DNA of 53,290 nt, counting the filler, from Jimgerdemannia flammicorona (Eukaryota), in assembly GCA_003990765.1 (NCBI GenBank). It is 3 parts of 3 records of this genome, joined end to end, with 100 filler letters (N's around TTAATTAATTAA, not from the genome) between each part and the next. Parts side by side here need not be neighbours in the genome. Positions count along the whole stretch, not along the records: positions 35,596 to 53,290 come from RBNJ01002448.1; 2 more parts are not named here. One strand, 5' to 3'. The position numbers were made by a program, and so were the translations under genes. This document shows positions 48,590 to 53,290 of this stretch, one piece after another. Position 1 is the first letter of the stretch. Every line of letters starts with the position of its first letter. Below the pieces are notes generated by a model. The model had not been told where the DNA came from and made no database searches. It was given only the letters and a program-made list of their open reading frames with translations.

Positions 48590-50674
48590 TGTAAGTGCAC
48601 AACCTCTAAGCCACTGAAATCACATATTACCCTCTGAATAAGCCACTGAAATCATATGCGACCTCTGAACAAATCTGGAAATCATTTGCATGATCACAAA
48701 GCTGAGTCAAACTGAAGTCACAGTACACAAAGCTGAGTCAATATGAAGTCATGGAATACAAGATTTATACAAACAGAATCTTACCAATCAGGATCAAATG
48801 CATATATACTGAGCACTGAGACATGTTGAAACAGAGAACTAAAAAAAACAACAAACACAACTTCTAAATATACACAAACATGACCACCAAGATCTATAAT
48901 CACATCTGTGCTAATATTTGGAATGCTATTGTCAACCGAGTCACACTCTCTCTGTCCCTCATGAATATCTATAGCCTAGCACTCTTTTACTTCATGGAAG
49001 CCCAATGGAATGCCCTGAATATACTTAGTGAAGTCTACCAAATTGGACAAATCTCAAGCTACTACCAGATTGGCTGCCTCCTAGAAGACATGGTCAAATA
49101 CCACTATAATATAGACATTACCTAGATGTCCCAGCACCAGAAGCTCATCATCCGTAAACATTGAGAACTCTTCTATGAGTTCAGCACTGTTATTCCCCAC
49201 CTCTGAGTTACCACTAGTAAAATGGTTGCTACTCTGTCTTATGGCCAAATCAATGACATGATACAAGAACTCAACCACAAGTATCTCAAGTATGTTTAGA
49301 CCACAGACAGAATCTTTCTGCACCCTGATGACTATATTCTGTGAATACCCTAAGTCAGATATGCTATAAAGGATATCTATGATATAATCCAATTTGATGA
49401 AGATGAAGCAGAAGATAATGATCCCTCTGATGCCAATATGACCTTAAGCCAAGGATCTCTGCCAACTCTGATCACTCCACCAATACTGCTGATGAACTTA
49501 TAACAGTTCATAACCACCTATGAGACCTATTGGGACAATGACTACTGACACAAATACCAACCCACATTCACTCTCAATTACTTTAACTATAATGAAGAGA
49601 CAGGAGAACACAATCTGTATTTTCAGACAACCCTCAAGACTGAACCAACCACTCCACCACCTGAGTATGAACAACATGAACCACAGCCACCAGCTTACTA
49701 TAACCCCACAACTCATAGTGCCATAACCTATAGAAGGTATACAGACAGCAAATCTGATGAAAGTGAAGATGATGTACCACTCCTTCATCCACCAACTCCA
49801 TACCCAACATATGAGACAGACAATACTATCTTATGGGACAATGATGAAGTCCCAATATATTACTACCTCAGTGAACAAGGAGAATTAATCTGCAAACCAC
49901 TCTTCCTAGATGACTACTTTATCAAAGATGATGTCATTGATGATAATGTCATCAAAGACTACCCAGACAGCATCTAAATCTATAGATAGCTTAATAGTCA
50001 TAATATAGTTAGATTAGCCTTGTATGATGTGACTGTGAACTAACTTAGCAGTCAGATGATCCCTTGACATGTCAGATCACACTTGTATTATGTGACTGCA
50101 TTCTGACTCAGCAAGACACTAAGTGCTATATCCATATTTAGTATAGCTCAGATAGCCTCTTACTAGTATAAATACTCCCTCCCTCAGACCTCAGAATCTT
50201 AGACTTAAACAGACTTGAACACTTGAACAATCCAAACACAACTTCTGAGCACTTTCCCACAATATCTCTTCACACAACTACTTCTAGTATAGCAATATCA
50301 TGAATATCGAATAAACCTATTTAATAAACCATAAACCATGCTTAAGTAAATCTATTCCCTGTTAGGTCCCACTCCTAACCCCATCATGAAATTTCCTAAT
50401 TGGAGATTATCTGCAGTGATATGCCAATTCAACTAAGCTAGCCTTAGTTTCTTGAACTTTCTGAAATATGGAAAATCCTGAATATTCAGAACTAGTCCAA
50501 AAAGGGACTTTGGTTGAGACATCAACCCAATCTTGAAATCAATAAGCATAGAGGATGCACTCCATATGAAATTGATCTTAACCTTAAGAAAATGGTCTTC
50601 CAGAATATCCAGAACTTCCAGAAACCCCTTCCAGAACTATGTAATGATTACCCTAAAAAAGCAACCCTCTTATA
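48590..50674 (+). repeat. 3' LTR of Gypsy C (inferred length 2,085 bp)
   Basis: Starts TGTAAG directly after the PPT and ends CTTATA (CTTACA in the 5' copy), giving a 6-bp terminal inverted repeat. Only the last 691 bp can be confirmed against the truncated 5' LTR. Confidence 0.75.
48880..49977 (+). pseudogene. Decayed 366-codon accessory ORF inside the LTR U3, function unknown
   Basis: One frame from ATG 48880 (context ACAAACATG) to TAA 49977, with 8 internal stops and no frameshift needed. Contains an acidic run (FDEDEAEDND) and a Pro/Tyr-rich region (PPPEY, QPPAYY, HPPTPYPTY). Confidence 0.65.
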
Positions 50675-52914
50675 TAGACCCCTTTGCTATAGAAGAAGCA
50701 GGAGAACTACAAGTTAGTATAAAGGACATGATCATCTCTATAATCTACTAAATCTAAGTACTTCAAGTATAACTAGAATAGTAGAAAACAAGAACTGTGA
50801 GTACATCATATTCTGCTATAGCACCAGTCTGTTTCAAGCCACTCAAGCCAGATATCTTTGATAGTCACTAAGGAGGACTATCTATAGAAGTATAGATCTT
50901 CTAATTAGATCAATACTTTGAGCTTACAAGAATGAAAGAAGATATGCAAGTCCAATTTGCTGCCACACTTCTCCAAGGAAATACAGCCATTTGGTAGTGC
51001 AATTACATTATAACTATATCTATATACTTATATATATAAAACAAAGATTGAGAAGCTTTCAAGAGAGCCCTTTATAGGTAGTTCAAGCCAGCTAATGCTA
51101 CCAAGCTAGCCAAAGATAAGCTAGCAAACATCAAGTAACTCAAGTCTATATAAAGCTATAATATATAATTCCTGTTAATCCTACTTGAACTACCAGTGAT
51201 AGCTGAGGATAAAAAGATAGATCACTATATCTGAGGTCTGAAGAGAAATACATGAGTCATGGTCAAGCTAGAAGAGCCACAAAGCCTTGATAAAGCTATG
51301 AGAATTGCTGATAAGTTCAATATTATTATCTTTAGCAACTATTTCAAACCAGAACACTGCAAGAAGAACTACTTTGAGAACTACCACAGAAACCAATCAA
51401 GGACTTAGACACTATGAATAAAAAGAACACCAAGCTCACCTCTGAAGAAAAGGATTGTCTGAAGAAATCTGGAGTCTGTTTTTTCTATTGCCAAACAGAA
51501 CATATTACAACCAAATATTTTAAGAAGACTAGTACACCTTCTAGACCAGTCATCATATTTTCCAAAGATATACCTATCAACCCTACTATCAGTCAATCTG
51601 AGCTCAAGATCAAGAAGCTTCACCCAAAGGCCCAGGCCCCTCAATATCAAACAGAAGAAGCCATTGGTCTTGACTTATACTCTGTCAAACAAGTCACTCT
51701 TCCAGCCAAGAGCTGAACTTTAGTGCCTACTGGAATTGCAGTCCAATATTCTGAAGGACATTATACCAGAATTGCACTATAATCAGGACTCAGTGTCAAA
51801 TATAGGTACTGACCCAGACTTTCAAGAACAAGTTCAAGTTCTGCTTATCAACCAGAAGGATCAAGACTATACAGTCAAGAAAGGAGACTGAGTCATACAA
51901 ATGATCTTAGGAAAAACCAGTAAACTCAAGATTACCAAAGTCCAAGAACTCTCTGAAACCAAATGAGACCAAAAAGGTTTTGGTAGCACCAATTAAGCAG
52001 TAAGTCTTACTGAAAATCAAGCTCAAGCTATGCTCATTTTCAAAGGCCTAGTCAAAGAAAAAGACATTCAAGTGCTTATAGACAGTAGAGCTATAGAGAA
52101 CTTCATCAATCAGAATCTCATTAAAAGCCTCAAGATCCTCACCAAGCCTGTATCCAAGAATAACAATATAGTTACTGCAGATAGTACACTACACCTCATC
52201 AAGTCAATTGCTGCCAAACTATCTATCAAGATCCAGAAATATTGGGAATAAGTAGACTTCAAGATTGTACTACTAAGAGATCATGACCTAATTCTAGAAA
52301 AACCCTGGCTTATGAAATACAACCCAGATATCAATTGGTACAAGAATGAAGTCACCTTACTTTAAGGTAGAGCAAACATCACTATCAAGACAGACAAAAC
52401 TATGAGCAAGATCCAGATTATAATACTGTTGGCCATATAGTATAAGAGAGTACTCAAGAAGATAATATATGTCTTTATTATAATAGTCTATCTCAAGAAA
52501 TAAGACAAGAGACTATTAGTCAATAAAAGTATCAAGTTACTACTAGAAGAATTCAAGGATGTCTTTCCAGATAAGCTATCTGGTCTACTGCCTATACAAG
52601 AAGTTGATCATGAAATCAGACTGACCCCAGGAGCTATATGACCCAAAAATATATATACTGCATATCACCACTCGAAATTGAAGCAGTCAAGAAGAAACTA
52701 GAAGAACTACTTACATGAGGAGCCATTCAGTCAAGCAAGAAGAAGAATGGTATCCTGTGAATATATATAGACTACTGTATACTCAATAAGCTGCTACCCT
52801 TGATTGATCAAATCTTTAATACTCTTAAGAATGCCAAGTACTTCACTAAGTTAGACCTCATATCAGAATCTTTAGTATAACTAAAAAAGAATACCTCAAA
52901 CATATTCAAACAGT
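50675..52914 (+). mobile_element. Ty3/Gypsy element D fragment (gag-zinc knuckle-dUTPase-protease-start of RT), host of element C
   Basis: Gag KPDIFDS...F*LDQYFEL...FAATLLQGNTAIW*, knuckle GVCFFYCQTEH, dUTPase, protease LIDSRA...LILEKPWL, then EEFKDVFP and a deleted RT start. Confidence 0.88.
51600..51993 (+). pseudogene. dUTPase domain of Gypsy D
   Basis: AIGLDLYS, LVPTGIAV, *SGLS, DPDF, KGD*VIQ, *DQKGFGSTN. Confidence 0.88.
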
Positions 52915-53290
52915 CAGGGGGACCCTCTATCCCCTATTCTCTATGCCCTGTCACTGGAGCCGTTGATGGATAGAATTCGCCGGAAGATAGCAGGGCTCTC
53001 TATCTATGGTATAGTGTGGAAGGTGGGGGCCTTTGCTGATGATATGGTGGTTGGACTTGGGTCTGTGGTGGATGTAGGGGAACTTCGGGAGACAGTGGAA
53101 TGGTACGAGGCTCATTCTGGGGCGAAACTCAACTGGCATAAGTGTGAGACAATGGTGCTAGGGAATGGGTTGGTGGGTGGGGACATCATTGGAACAATTG
53201 TCCCTACGGGTGAGGTGGTGCGATATCTGGGCATCTTCCTCTCTGTCTATGGTTCTGTCTTGCCAAGGGTGTGGTGGGAGAGCAAGGTGC
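52915..53290 (+). mobile_element. 5'-truncated young LINE, subfamily II; open RT frame to the window end
   Basis: QGDPLSPILYALSLEPL...GAFADDMVVGLG...RYLGIFL with no stop in 125 codons; CpGs intact. Confidence 0.92.

Larger units (their letters stand above)
41405..50674 (+). mobile_element. Ty3/Gypsy chromovirus C with dUTPase and a very long LTR
   Basis: Direct repeats 41405-42096 and 49984-50674, PBS, gag-zinc knuckle-dUTPase-protease-RT-RNaseH-integrase-chromodomain, PPT. Confidence 0.95.

Noticed and set aside
48880..49977. Calling the U3 ORF an env gene
   Set aside because: It lies downstream of the PPT and shows no convincing signal peptide or C-terminal transmembrane anchor.

Overview
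Fungal, transposon-saturated DNA. The window is three unrelated contigs (1-17699, 17800-35495, 35596-53290; 17,699, 17,696 and 17,695 bp) joined by artificial 100-nt N44-TTAATTAATTAA-N44 spacers, so nothing should be inferred across those joins. The only host gene is an Msb2/Hkr1-type signalling mucin (33476-35446, minus), in a CpG-rich unique island (about 31740-35495). The rest is nested retroelements. There are six L1/Tx1-like LINE copies of two subfamilies (three with 14-15 bp target-site duplications and long poly(A) tails) and two 3' remnants of a third LINE-like family. There are four Ty3/Gypsy elements from three lineages, all carrying a dUTPase, plus an internally deleted, partly inverted derivative of one of them. 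Most repeats show heavy C>T/G>A hypermutation (CpG loss plus CpA>TpA, RIP-like). The most unusual signals are: (i) a dUTPase chromovirus whose inferred 2,085-bp LTR holds a decayed 366-codon accessory ORF in U3, with two PPxY motifs and promoter-like repeats; (ii) a conserved extra ORF after the integrase in a second lineage; (iii) a small C-P-H-G-x11-C-x2-C module found next to the dUTPase but on opposite sides of it in different lineages. All alignments and translations were done by eye; no database was searched.
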